Counted from the stretch's first letter, positions 9,701 to 19,465 are shown. The stretch is 64,000 nt of DNA from an uncultured Thermoleophilia bacterium (GCA_963695395.1 CAVOGK010000024.1:53430-117429); one strand, 5' to 3'. The notes: a model not told the origin generated them from the sequence alone. Numbers and translations: made by a program.

Positions 9701-11437
9701 TTGGCTGGTCTCATCATCGTCTGCCCGCGTCACCACGCTTCGCCGCGCCTGACCGACGACAGTCTGGAGGCCTTGGCTCTCCGGCTGAGCCCCGACGACA
9801 TCGGCCCCAGAGCGCCATGGGTGACGGAGCATGCCGGCGTCCTGAGGGCCGTCCTCAACCCCGCTACCGGGGGCGTGCGAACCGACGACCACGGCGTCTG
9901 CCTGGGCGCGCTGTTCGGGGACGCCGAATGGTCCGAGCCGCACGCGTCCAGCCCGGACGGCAGTTACGTCATCGCCCGTCATGACGAGCGCGCCGTCGAG
10001 CTCGTCACGGACGCGTTCGCCTCGCGCACCATCTGGTACGTGTTGTCGGACGACTGCTTCCTCGCCTCTACGTCACAGCGCGCACTCGCGGCGCTCCTCG
10101 GTGACTTCCGGCCCAACCCGGAGACGGTCGCCTGGATGATCGCCTCGGGCTACCTGGGCCCGGAGATCGGCTGGGACGAGCGAGTGAGGCGGGTCCCGCC
10201 CGGCACCTGTCTGCGCCTGGACCGCGCCGAATGGCGACTCACCAGCACCTCCCGACGCGTCGAGTACCGACCTGTCGAGGGGCCACTCGACGAGCACGTC
10301 TCCCGCCTGCGCGAGGCGGTGTTCACGGCGTGCCGTGACCTCGATCTCGGCGGCGGTCGCTGGGTCCTCCCCATCTCCGGCGGACACGACAGCCGCGCCC
10401 TCCTCGTCGGCCTGCTGGAAGCCGGAAGGACGCCGACGTGCATCACCTGGGGACTGGCGAGATCCCTCGCTCAGCCGGGGAACGACGCCTACATCGGGCG
10501 GCAGCTGGCCGCCCGTTTCGGGCTGGAGCACAGGTACTTTGAGCTCGATCCGACCGGCGAGCCGATGCGCAACGTGCTCACTCGCTTTCTGCTCGCCGGT
10601 GAGGGTCGCGCCATCGACTTCAGTGGCTACACAGACGGCATGAGGACCTGGAAGCAGCTGTTCGATGACGGCGTCACTCTGGTCCTCCGCGGCGACACAC
10701 CCGGCCTCGGCAGTGGCCAGGGCCGCGCCTACGACCCGGTGAACGAGTTCAGCGTGCGCACCTCGATAGGGCGCGCCGTCCTCGCGACCGATTACCCCGA
10801 CGGGCATGTCGTCCGTCGCCTCGGGCTCGCCCCGCAGCACCTGCCCGCGCGCCTTCGCCTCCAGCCGGATGAGAGCCTCGGGATGTATCGGGACAGGATC
10901 CACAACGAGTACAAGGTGGCGACCATGTTCGCCAGTCTCAACGATCCCAAGTGTGCCTACGTCGAGATCGTGAACCCCCTGCTGCATCGAGCCGTCGTGA
11001 AGGCCGTCTCCGAGCTCCCCGACGAGCTCCGTCTGTGGGAGCAAGGCTACGCGACGATGGTCGAGGCCCTCGTGCCCGACGTCCCCATGGACCAGTATCA
11101 CGCCGAAGCACAGGCGGACGAGTACCTGGCCTGGCCGGCGATGTTCGATGAGATCGTGGCCGAACTGTCGGCCCAGCCTGAGCACGACGTGCTTCCGCGC
11201 GGCGCGCGCGAGTTGCTGGTGACGGAGTTGTCGCGAGCCCCGGGGCGGGAGTCGGCAAAGCGCAGCTTGCGCCGGCGTGTGAAGAGCGCGCTGCCGTCCC
11301 GAGCGCTCCGTTTGATCCCGCCGAGAATGGGCGCCAGTACGCGGCAGATCGCGTTTCGCGCCTACATCGCTTCCAGAATGGCTACGATCCTGCAGGGGGA
11401 GTCCAGCGGCAGGCATGATGAGTCCGGCGCACACTAG
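9701..11437 (+). CDS. Asparagine-synthase-family PP-loop ATP-pyrophosphatase (paralog 1); the N-terminal Ntn-glutaminase Cys is absent
   Basis: TTG start with GGAGG 8 nt upstream. The N-terminus is MAGLIIVC rather than MCG. The PP-loop is WVLPISGGHDSRALLVGL at about residue 225, and the AsnB-like N-domain includes YVIARHDERAVELVTDAFASRTIWY. Confidence 0.8.
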   Translation: MAGLIIVCPRHHASPRLTDDSLEALALRLSPDDIGPRAPWVTEHAGVLRAVLNPATGGVRTDDHGVCLGALFGDAEWSEPHASSPDGSYVIARHDERAVELVTDAFASRTIWYVLSDDCFLASTSQRALAALLGDFRPNPETVAWMIASGYLGPEIGWDERVRRVPPGTCLRLDRAEWRLTSTSRRVEYRPVEGPLDEHVSRLREAVFTACRDLDLGGGRWVLPISGGHDSRALLVGLLEAGRTPTCITWGLARSLAQPGNDAYIGRQLAARFGLEHRYFELDPTGEPMRNVLTRFLLAGEGRAIDFSGYTDGMRTWKQLFDDGVTLVLRGDTPGLGSGQGRAYDPVNEFSVRTSIGRAVLATDYPDGHVVRRLGLAPQHLPARLRLQPDESLGMYRDRIHNEYKVATMFASLNDPKCAYVEIVNPLLHRAVVKAVSELPDELRLWEQGYATMVEALVPDVPMDQYHAEAQADEYLAWPAMFDEIVAELSAQPEHDVLPRGARELLVTELSRAPGRESAKRSLRRRVKSALPSRALRLIPPRMGASTRQIAFRAYIASRMATILQGESSGRHDESGAH

Positions 11438-11561
11438 GCATAGAGGCGGAGAGCGGCCCCACAGAGCACGCCTGGCGTCGGAGGTGTTCGGGCGGATGGA
11501 GTGAGCATGACCAGTTCGGCATTCACGGGTTCGCGCCGTCGGGAGTCGCCGGAATGACCAG

Positions 11562-13265
11562 ATGCCCGGTCTGATCGTCGCCTGTGCGCGTGACGCTGCG
11601 AACACCGTCGGCTCGCGCCGCCTGCGCGCCTGCTGCGCGCGCCTGGCGCCGCCCAACGCCCGCGCCGGGGAGCCACTCCTCTGGCAGCGCGGCGGTATGA
11701 CGGTCGCGCTCATAGACCCCCCCACGCGCGCGCGCATCGTGGACGGCGGTGCGTACGTGGGCGTCCTGGCGCCGACCGCGTCCGCCTGGTGGCGCACCGG
11801 CTCGCCTCCGCCGGACGGACTCTACGCGTTGTGTCGCCACGACGACGGTGCGGTCGAAATCCTCTCGGACGCCGTCGCGACCCATACGGTCTGGTATGCA
11901 AAGACCGACCAGTTGTTCCTCGCCTCGACCTCGCAACGGGCCCTGGTGAGCCTTCTGGGCGACTTCCGCCTCAACCGTGGAGCAGTCTCCTGGATGCTGT
12001 CTTCGGGCAGTCTGGGGCCTCAGGGAGCTTGGGATGAGCGACTCGAGCGACTGCCGGGCGACGCCGTGCTAAGACTGGATCGGCGCACCTGGGAGATGGC
12101 GGTCCAGTGTCGCCCCATCGTCTTTCAGTCTGAGCGGATGAGCCGCGCCGATCACGTGGGCGCGCTGCGGGTCGCCCTCGACGAGAGCTTCGCCGCTCTG
12201 GACATCGATGACGCGGAGTGGGTCGTGCCGCTGTCGGGAGGCGGCGACAGCCGCGGGCTTCTCCTGTTTCTCGTGCGCTCAGGCCGCAAGCCCAAGTGCC
12301 TGACCTACGGCTCGCCGACGTCGCTCCTTGATCCGCAGGGCGACGCGATGCTCGCGCGCGCCGTGAGCGAGGCTCTCGGCGTGGAGCACGAGTTCTTCCC
12401 GCTCGAGGAACTGGAGGGTGCGGAAGCGGCGACCCTGCGTCTCTACACCGAGGCGAGCGAGGGGCGCGTGGACCACATCGCCGCCTACACCGACGGTTTC
12501 GAGGTCTGGAGGAGCCTGAAGCAGAGCGGCGTGAGAGGCGCGCTACGCGGAGACCAGGCGTTCGGCCTCTGGCAGGTGTTCTCGGAAAGTGACACGCGCA
12601 TCTCGGAGGGAGGCGTGCTCGTGTCTGACTTCTCGCCGCGCCACCCGATCCGCGAGCTGGACTTGCCGCCCCAGACTTGGCCCGAAGAGCTTCGCCGTCA
12701 CCCCGGAGAAAGCGACGATGGCTATCGTGACCGGGTCTACCATCAATTCAGGCTCCCCGTCATCATGGCGGCCCTCAACCAGATCAAGACCTCCTACATC
12801 GATGTCGTCAGCCCCCTGCAGACGAGGCGGATCATCGAAGCTGCCCGCGCCATGCCTGACGACTTGCGCACAGAAAAGCGTGGCTTTCGGGAGCTGGTGA
12901 CGTCGCTCGGTCCACCGGTACCCTTCGCCACCCATGACTCCACCGGGTCAGGCGAGGCGTTCCTCGCAAGGCCGGGAACGCTCGACGCGGTGCGTGAGGC
13001 GCTCGCTTCGAAGGCGGCACATGACGTCATCGGCTCCGAGAACGTTCGTGTGCTTCTCTCGCACCTGAGGTCCGCCGTGCCGGCTCCTGAGACGCGTCGG
13101 CACGTCGGGCGCGCGCTCAAGCGCGTGCTCCCGAAGGGTCTGATCCGAGTCGCGAAGAGTGTCCGAGGGGCGCCTCCCCTCAGCGTTCAGCGACTCGCCT
13201 TCCGCGCCTATCTTGCCGCGACGATCGCCGGCCAACTCTCGCAGGACGCCGGCGGTCCGGACTAG
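11562..13265 (+). CDS. Asparagine-synthase-family PP-loop ATP-pyrophosphatase (paralog 2); no N-terminal Cys
   Basis: N-terminus MPGLIVAC; PP-loop WVVPLSGGGDSRGLLLFL. It is collinear with paralog 1 along its whole length. Confidence 0.8.
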   Translation: MPGLIVACARDAANTVGSRRLRACCARLAPPNARAGEPLLWQRGGMTVALIDPPTRARIVDGGAYVGVLAPTASAWWRTGSPPPDGLYALCRHDDGAVEILSDAVATHTVWYAKTDQLFLASTSQRALVSLLGDFRLNRGAVSWMLSSGSLGPQGAWDERLERLPGDAVLRLDRRTWEMAVQCRPIVFQSERMSRADHVGALRVALDESFAALDIDDAEWVVPLSGGGDSRGLLLFLVRSGRKPKCLTYGSPTSLLDPQGDAMLARAVSEALGVEHEFFPLEELEGAEAATLRLYTEASEGRVDHIAAYTDGFEVWRSLKQSGVRGALRGDQAFGLWQVFSESDTRISEGGVLVSDFSPRHPIRELDLPPQTWPEELRRHPGESDDGYRDRVYHQFRLPVIMAALNQIKTSYIDVVSPLQTRRIIEAARAMPDDLRTEKRGFRELVTSLGPPVPFATHDSTGSGEAFLARPGTLDAVREALASKAAHDVIGSENVRVLLSHLRSAVPAPETRRHVGRALKRVLPKGLIRVAKSVRGAPPLSVQRLAFRAYLAATIAGQLSQDAGGPD

Positions 13266-13283
13266 ACGGACCGCAAGGCCGGG

Positions 13284-13317
13284 CAGGCGAGACCACCGAG
13301 TGACGCCGCCTCGCCTG
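13284..13317. terminator. Possible bidirectional stem-loop between convergent genes
   Basis: CAGGCGAG (13284-13291) pairs with CTCGCCTG (13310-13317). The loop is 18 nt and there is no T-tract. Confidence 0.2.
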
Positions 13318-13319
13318 CG

Positions 13320-13871
13320 TCACTTCGGCGGGTAGCGCTCCTCCAGCTGGCGCCGCAGCTCCTCGGGGGTACGCTGACGACCCGGCGGAGGGGGTTCGAG
13401 CATCGGAAAGTCTTCCAGCGTCTTGCGCATGTACTCGTCGGTCGTGCCGATGACGCGTGCGGGCACCCCGCCGACGATGGTGCCCGGCGGCACGTCCTTG
13501 GCCACCACTGCCCCGGCAGCCACAATCGCCCGGTCACCGATGGTCACCCCAGGTAGGAGGATGGCCTCGGCCCCGATGTAGACGCGGGACCCAATCGTGA
13601 TCCTCCCGAAACGCCCCGACAGCGGATGTTCCTTGCGGAAGACCCAAGTGGCGCCGTCGTGGGTGATGAACGACACGCCCGGGGAGATCGCGGTCTCGTC
13701 GCCGATCGTGATGAGGTACGGCTCCGAGCCGAATCGGGTCGTGTGGAAGCGACAGTCCTTACCCACACGAGCTCCGCGCTGTCTGAGCAGTTCGGCGCGA
13801 CGATAGGGACTCGCGTTCCTCATGCGAATCGTCCGCCACGCCTTGCGCGCCTTCTCCAATCTGCGGCCCAT
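13320..13871 (-). CDS. Hexapeptide-repeat (LbH) acyl/acetyltransferase of the polysaccharide O-acetyltransferase type
   Basis: ORF 13320..14069, trimmed so that it starts after the upstream epimerase stop. It carries [20 protein letters not shown]...[52 protein letters not shown]. The start is uncertain (13823, 13871 or 13889). Confidence 0.8.
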   Translation of the reverse strand: MGRRLEKARKAWRTIRMRNASPYRRAELLRQRGARVGKDCRFHTTRFGSEPYLITIGDETAISPGVSFITHDGATWVFRKEHPLSGRFGRITIGSRVYIGAEAILLPGVTIGDRAIVAAGAVVAKDVPPGTIVGGVPARVIGTTDEYMRKTLEDFPMLEPPPPGRQRTPEELRRQLEERYPPK

Positions 13872-13960
13872 GCGGCAACTATATGCCATCGGGCGAAGGG
13901 GCGGCATCGCCAGAGCCGCCGGATCCGGCCGAGCGCAGACGCGGGGACCGGCGATAGCCT

Positions 13961-14953
13961 TCAGGCGCGCCGCTCTCGCAACCACTCCGCCTCGCGCCGC
14001 AGCCCCTCCTCCAGAGGCACCTGCGGCGCGTAGCCGAGCTCCTCGCGTGCCCGCGTGAGGTCGGCCCACGTGTGCTTGACGTCGCCGGCCTGCACGCTCT
14101 CGCCGCGCACCTCGGCGGTGAGGCCGGACACGCCTTCAAGCGTGCGGATCGCCTCCAGCAGCGTGACCCGAGATCCGCCGCCGAGGTTGTAGACGGCCCC
14201 GTCCGTGCCGCCCATCGCAAGCAGGATGCCGTTGACGATGTCGTCGACGAACGTGAAGTCCCGCGTCTGGTTGCCGGTGCCGTACATCTCCAGCGGGCGC
14301 CCGTCGGCCATGGCCCGGAGGAACAGATGGAAGGCCATGTCCGGGCGCTGGCGCGGTCCGTAGACCGTGAAGAAGCGCAGGGACACCGTGGGCACGCCGT
14401 GGTTCTTCCAGTACAGGCGGCAGAGCTGCTCGCCGGCGAGCTTGGTGACTCCGTAGGGCGATACCGGGCGGCAGTTGGCCTCTTCGTGCATGGGCAGCTG
14501 GTCGGTATCGCCGTACACGGACGACGACGACGCGTAGACCACCTTGGGTACCCCCAGACGACGGCACGACTCCAGGACCATCTGCGTGGCGAGCACGTTG
14601 TTGTCCGTGTAGATGCGGAAGCTCTGACCCCAGCTCGCACGGACACCCGCCTGCGCCGCGAGGTGGAACACGCAGTCGGCGCCGGAGAAGACCTCGTCGA
14701 GACGGCTGTGGCCGGCGGCCCCGTCGCCGGCCAGCCGCAGGAGGTTGTCCTCGATCAGGGTGAAGCGCTCCGCGACGCACGCCGAGGCGATGTTGGCTTC
14801 CTTGAACGGTCGCGGGTAGTAGTCCTCGAACGAATCGATGCCGACGACCTCGTGACCGGCGGCAAGCAGCCGCTCGACGAGATGCGAGCCGATGAACCCG
14901 GCGGCGCCGGTGACGACCATGCGCCGTCCGCCTGCCAGTCCACTCATCCCCAT
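13961..14953 (-). CDS. NAD-dependent epimerase/dehydratase, UDP-glucuronate 4-epimerase-like
   Basis: [18 protein letters not shown], catalytic [11 protein letters not shown], and [20 protein letters not shown], which is the CapI / GlcA-epimerase-type block. Confidence 0.85.
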   Translation of the reverse strand: MGMSGLAGGRRMVVTGAAGFIGSHLVERLLAAGHEVVGIDSFEDYYPRPFKEANIASACVAERFTLIEDNLLRLAGDGAAGHSRLDEVFSGADCVFHLAAQAGVRASWGQSFRIYTDNNVLATQMVLESCRRLGVPKVVYASSSSVYGDTDQLPMHEEANCRPVSPYGVTKLAGEQLCRLYWKNHGVPTVSLRFFTVYGPRQRPDMAFHLFLRAMADGRPLEMYGTGNQTRDFTFVDDIVNGILLAMGGTDGAVYNLGGGSRVTLLEAIRTLEGVSGLTAEVRGESVQAGDVKHTWADLTRAREELGYAPQVPLEEGLRREAEWLRERRA

Positions 14954-15125
14954 CCGCCCCCGTGTCTCACCCGGTCCGCCGCCCTCTGGTCGGCGCATGG
15001 CGCGCGTCGCGGCCACAGCGGCATTCTAGCAGCACCTCGCGACCGAGCACGGTGGAAGCCACGGGCGTTGACCGTGACGCACGGCAGCGACAAGAATGGG
15101 GCAACGCCATCCCCGAAGGAGCCGA

Positions 15126-16915
15126 ATGGCTGACCTCATCCTCGCCTGCGCACGCCCGGGTCGCCCGGGCATCGCCGCGGAGCGCCTGCGGCGCGCGGCG
15201 CTGCGCCTCGCGCCGCCGGAGGTGCCGCTGCGGGAGCCGCTGCTCGTCGAGACGGCCGGCGTGGTGGCCGCCGTCGCCAACCCGACCGCCGAGGGCGTCT
15301 TCGTCCGCGGCGGCAAGGACGAACTCGGGACGTCGGCGACGGGTGGCGGCGCTCTGCGTCGGCGGCCTCTTCGGCCCCCCCGGCGACTGGTGGCAGGTAG
15401 GGCCCGATGCCCCCGAGGGGACCTACGCCCTCGCCAGGTGGGACGCCGACCGCGTCGAGCTGGTCAGCGACATCTGCGCCTCGCGCACGCTCTGGTACGC
15501 GCTCACCGACGACGTCTTCCTGGCCTCCACCTCGCAGCGCGCCCTGGTGACGCTGCTGGGCAGCTTCGAGCTCGAGCCCGAGGCCACGGCCTGCTTCCTC
15601 TCCTCGGGCACGCTCGGACCGGAGGTCTCGTGGGACGCGCGCCTGCGACGCCTGCCGCCGGACGCGCGCGCCGTGCTCGATCGCGCCTCGTGGCGACTCA
15701 CTCTCGACGAGACGCCGTTCGAAGTGGACGCGGCCGCCGGCGACAACGCGGCCCAGGTCGCCCGCCTGCGCGCGGCCATCGCCGCCACCTGCGGCAGCCT
15801 CAACCTCGACCTCGAGCGCTGGGTGCTGCCGCTCTCCGGCGGTCACGACAGCCGCACGCTGCTCGCCTTCCTCGTCGCGAGCGGCCTGCGGCCGCGCTGC
15901 GTCACCTGGACGACGCACGCCTCGCTGCGCAACCCGCTCTCGGACGCCTCCATCGCCCGCGTGCTGGCACGCCGCTACCACGTCGAGCACGAGCTGCTGC
16001 TACCTGGACGCGCCCAACGTCGACCCGGAGACGGTGATCGCGCGCTTCGTCGCCGCCAACGAGGGACGCAACGACGAGATCGCCGGCTACCTCGACGGCT
16101 TCGCCCTGTGGCGCGACCTGGCGCTGGCCGGCGTGCAGGGCATCATCCGGGGGGATGAGTCGTTCGGCACCCTCGCGCGCAAGATGCGGCCGGACGCCGG
16201 CCGCCAGCAGACCGGCGGCGCGACGCCCCACGACTATCCAGGTGCCCATTTGCTGCGAGCACTCGACCTGGCTCCCCAAACGTGGCCCACACGCCTGCGC
16301 AGGACGCCCGGCGAGGATCTGAGGGACTACAGGATGCAGCTCAGCCAACAGGGCTACGTGCCCATCATCCTTGCCGGTCTCGCCGAGCCCAAGGCGCGCT
16401 ACGTTGAACTCGTGAACCCGCACCTCTCCCGGCTGGTCATCGGCACGGTGCGATCGCTCCCGCTGGAATCCCGCTACCATGCACGAGCCTTCCGACGGAT
16501 CGTCGACGGCCTCGACCCGCTGATCCCCTATGCGCGCTCCTCGTCCACCCTGCCGGTGCCCGACCTCCTGGCCCAGCCGGACGTGCTTGGGCTGATCGTG
16601 CGCGAGCTCGTGTCCCCCGACATCGAGCGGGTGCTGCCGCACGACGGGCCGCTGCGCGTACTCACCGCCATGAGTGCGGCCACCAGTGGAAGGGAGGCGC
16701 CCGAGCGCGCCTTCGGGCGCTGGTGAAGAGCGCCAGCGGCGCCCTGCCGACGCGCCTCGCCGTGGAGACTTGGCGCCCGCGTGGAAGGGGCCCGACCCGC
16801 TGCCCCCGCCAAGGTGGCCCTCCGGGCGTGCTCGCCAGCCGCACGATCGCCTCCTCGAGGAGGACGCGAGGTCACTCGCGGAATCCAGCCGAGTCGCGCC
16901 CACAACCGACGCTGA
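15126..16915 (+). pseudogene. Asparagine-synthase-family PP-loop paralog 3, disrupted by several frameshifts
   Basis: GAAGGAG RBS plus ATG 15126 gives MADLILACARPG. The body is spread over ORFs 15096.., 14962.. (WVLPLSGGHDSRTLLAFL), 16034.., 16723.. and 16674.., with frame changes near 15320, 16000, 16720, 16790, 16815 and 16845. The 3' end is approximate. Confidence 0.7.
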
Positions 16916-16993
16916 ACCAACCGGAGGCGCGGCAGCGCAGCCGCCCCGCGCCGTCTCCGGCCGAACGCGACGGCTCCGTCACGCCCCCCCAGC

Positions 16994-17143
16994 TCAGGAG
17001 GGCGCGGCCACCACGAACATCAGCGCCAACCCGACCAGGAAGGCGAGCATGCCGGCCTCGACGACGAGCCGGCGCCGGGCCTCCCGATCGCTACTGCCCG
17101 CGTGTACCCCCACTGGACGCTCCGTGTCCCGTGTCGCTCTCAT
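16994..17143 (-). CDS. Small single-pass membrane protein (49 aa), hypothetical
   Basis: Below the ORF-track cutoff. AGGAGG lies 6 nt upstream of ATG 17143. Product: MRATRDTERPVGVHAGSSDREARRRLVVEAGMLAFLVGLALMFVVAAPS. It is co-directional with ispG and immediately downstream of it. Confidence 0.35.
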   Translation of the reverse strand: MRATRDTERPVGVHAGSSDREARRRLVVEAGMLAFLVGLALMFVVAAPS

Positions 17144-17292
17144 GGCCAGCCTCCTGCCCCCGCGCCCTCAGGCGCTCCTGTGGAGAGAGCATCGGCACGG
17201 ACGGCGCCGGGCTTACTGGTACATCCGTTTGGCGCCGAGGATGCCAGCAGGGCGCGCCGAGACGAGAGTTGCGGCGCGCCGGGGGTGGCGCC

Positions 17293-18444
17293 CTACGACG
17301 CCTCGCCACGGACCAGGGTGAGAAGCGCGTCGACAAGCTGCCCCTCGGGCAGCGTCTCGACGCGCTCGCCGTGGTCGAAGAGCACGCCCTCCCCCGCCCC
17401 GGCGGCGATGCCGTAGTCGGCGTGGCGGGCCTCCTCGGGGCCGTTCACGCGACAGCCCATGACGGCGACGCTGATGACGCGGCCGGCGAGCGCCGGGTCG
17501 GCGCCGAGACGCCGCTCCACCTCTTCGGCCAGCCCCACGATGTCGACCTCCGTGCGCCCGCAGGTGGGGCACGAGATGACCTCGGGGCCGCGCCGCCGCA
17601 GGCCCAGCGCGGCGAGGATCTGCCAGGCCACGCGCACTTCCTCGACCGGGTCGCCGGTCAGGCTCACGCGGATGGTGTCGCCGATGCCGTCGGCCAGCAG
17701 GGCGCCGATGCCGACGGCGCTCTTCACGGTGCCGCTCCAGACGGTGCCGGCCTCGGTCACGCCGACGTGCAGCGGCGTCTGCGTCTTCTCGGAGAGCAGC
17801 CGGTACGCGGCGATCGTGTCCGGCACCGACGAGGACTTCACGCTCAGCTTGTACGCGGTGAAGCCCCACTCCTCGAACTGGTCCGCCCAGCGTAGCGCCG
17901 CCTCCACGAGCACGCCGGGAGCATCGCCGGCGGCCCGCGCACGCAGGTCGCGCGGCAGTGAGCCGGCGTTGACGCCGATGCGGATGGCGACGGGCGCGTC
18001 GGCCTCGCCCGCACCCGCGGGCACCCGGGCCTCCGCCGCCGCAGCCACGATCTCGCGCACGTGCTTTCCCGCCATGGTCCCCGGGTTGATGCGCACACCC
18101 GCGGCGCCTGCCTCGATCGCCGCCACGGCCAATCGCCAGTCGTAGTGGATGTCGGCGATGATGGGCACGCGCGCTGCCCCGCCGGCGCCATCCTCGGCCA
18201 ACGGCTCCCGGCCCGCGATCCCCGGAGCCTCGCGCACGACGCGTGCGAACGCCGGGGCCTCCTCCGCGGTCGGCAGGCTCACCCGCACGAGCTCGCAGCC
18301 GGCAGCGGCCAGGGCGCGCACCTGGGCCAGCGTCGCCTCCGCGTCGCCGGTGCGCGTGCACGTCATGGACTGCACGGCGACGGGGGCGCCGCCGCCGACG
18401 GGCACGGCGCCAACCATGATACGGCGGGCGCTAGGCACGGGCAT
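17293..18444 (-). CDS. ispG: 4-hydroxy-3-methylbut-2-enyl diphosphate synthase (MEP pathway)
   Basis: ORF 17293..18678, trimmed to ATG 18444 (MPVPSARRIMVG). It carries VAVQSMT, IADIHYDWRLA, RINPG and ISCPTCGRT...VMGCRVNGPEEA. Confidence 0.9.
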   Translation of the reverse strand: MPVPSARRIMVGAVPVGGGAPVAVQSMTCTRTGDAEATLAQVRALAAAGCELVRVSLPTAEEAPAFARVVREAPGIAGREPLAEDGAGGAARVPIIADIHYDWRLAVAAIEAGAAGVRINPGTMAGKHVREIVAAAAEARVPAGAGEADAPVAIRIGVNAGSLPRDLRARAAGDAPGVLVEAALRWADQFEEWGFTAYKLSVKSSSVPDTIAAYRLLSEKTQTPLHVGVTEAGTVWSGTVKSAVGIGALLADGIGDTIRVSLTGDPVEEVRVAWQILAALGLRRRGPEVISCPTCGRTEVDIVGLAEEVERRLGADPALAGRVISVAVMGCRVNGPEEARHADYGIAAGAGEGVLFDHGERVETLPEGQLVDALLTLVRGEAS

Positions 18445-19429
18445 CTCCGTCCGGCGCCGGCTCCGCAGGCGCGCCGGCGCCGGCGAACCACGACCAAGTC
18501 TCGGCGAGGCCGTCATCGAGCCTCGTGCCGGCCTCCCAGCCCAGCACCCAGCGCGCACGCCCGGCGTCCGCCCGCGAGTGGCGGATGTCGCCGTCGCGCG
18601 CGGCCTCCATCCGCCGGCCGACGGACCTGCCGGACTGATCCTCGATGACGTTGAGGACCTGCAGCAGGTCGGCCTCACGCCCGGTGCCGACGTTGAGCAC
18701 CGAGGTCCCGGTCAGCGGCCGCCGCAGCGCGGCGAGCACGGCGGCCACGACGTCGGCGACGTACACGAAGTCGCGCGTCTGCCGGCCGTCCCCGTAGATC
18801 GTGACGGCCTCGCCGGAGGCCGCGGCGGCCAGGAAGCGGCTGATGACGCCCGAGTAGGCGGAGCCGGGATCCTGTCGCGGTCCGTACACATTGAAGAAGC
18901 GCAGAGAAACGGCGGTGATCTGGCCGGCGTCCGCGGCCTCGGCGCAGACCTCCTCTGCGGCGAGCTTGGCGTCGGCGTACGGGCTGAGCGGACGGGCTGA
19001 GGCGGCCTCGGCGATGGGGGGCTCTGTCGCGTCGCCGTACACGGCGCAACTCGAGGCCAGCACGAACCGGTCTGCGCCCGCCTCCACGGCCTGGCGCAGC
19101 ACGTTGACCGTGCCCCCGTGGGTGACGGAGTCGCAGCCCACGGGGTCCTCGACCGAGCGGGGCACCGACACCACCGCCGCGAGGTGGATCACGCCCGAGC
19201 AGCCGTCGGCGGCGTCGCGCATGCGCACCTCATCGCGGACGTCGCCGGCCAGTACCTGCAGGCCGGCGCCGTGCTCCGCGGCCAGGCGCCAGGCGTCGTC
19301 GAGATTCTCCTCCCTGCCCGTGCTGAAGTCGTCGACGACGCGCACATCGGAGCCACTCGCGAGCAGGGCGTCCACCACGTGCGAACCGATGAAGCCGGCG
19401 CCGCCGGTGACCAGGGTCAGATCGCTCAT
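18431..19429 (-). CDS. NAD-dependent sugar-nucleotide 4-epimerase (GalE/WbpP-like SDR)
   Basis: LVTGGAGFIGSHVVDALL, SPYADAKLAAE, RFFNVYGPRQDPGSAYSGVISRF. Its stop overlaps the ispG start by 14 nt. Confidence 0.85.
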   Translation of the reverse strand: MSDLTLVTGGAGFIGSHVVDALLASGSDVRVVDDFSTGREENLDDAWRLAAEHGAGLQVLAGDVRDEVRMRDAADGCSGVIHLAAVVSVPRSVEDPVGCDSVTHGGTVNVLRQAVEAGADRFVLASSCAVYGDATEPPIAEAASARPLSPYADAKLAAEEVCAEAADAGQITAVSLRFFNVYGPRQDPGSAYSGVISRFLAAAASGEAVTIYGDGRQTRDFVYVADVVAAVLAALRRPLTGTSVLNVGTGREADLLQVLNVIEDQSGRSVGRRMEAARDGDIRHSRADAGRARWVLGWEAGTRLDDGLAETWSWFAGAGAPAEPAPDGDARA

Positions 19430-19465
19430 GGGACCATCCTACGGCACGATCCCGCCGCGCGCCGA

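Noticed and set aside
11507-11557. A 16-codon ORF (MTSSAFTGSRRRESPE) in the spacer between AsnB-like paralogs 1 and 2, considered as a possible precursor peptide
   Set aside because: It has no adequate RBS spacing, no leader/core features and no similarity to anything else in the window. It is indistinguishable from a chance ORF.
9701-16915. Lasso-peptide (or other RiPP) cluster interpretation of the Cys-less AsnB-like genes
   Set aside because: No transglutaminase-like leader protease (B/B2), no PqqD-like RRE and no convincing precursor peptide are present. The neighbours are sugar-nucleotide and acyl/amino-transfer enzymes instead.
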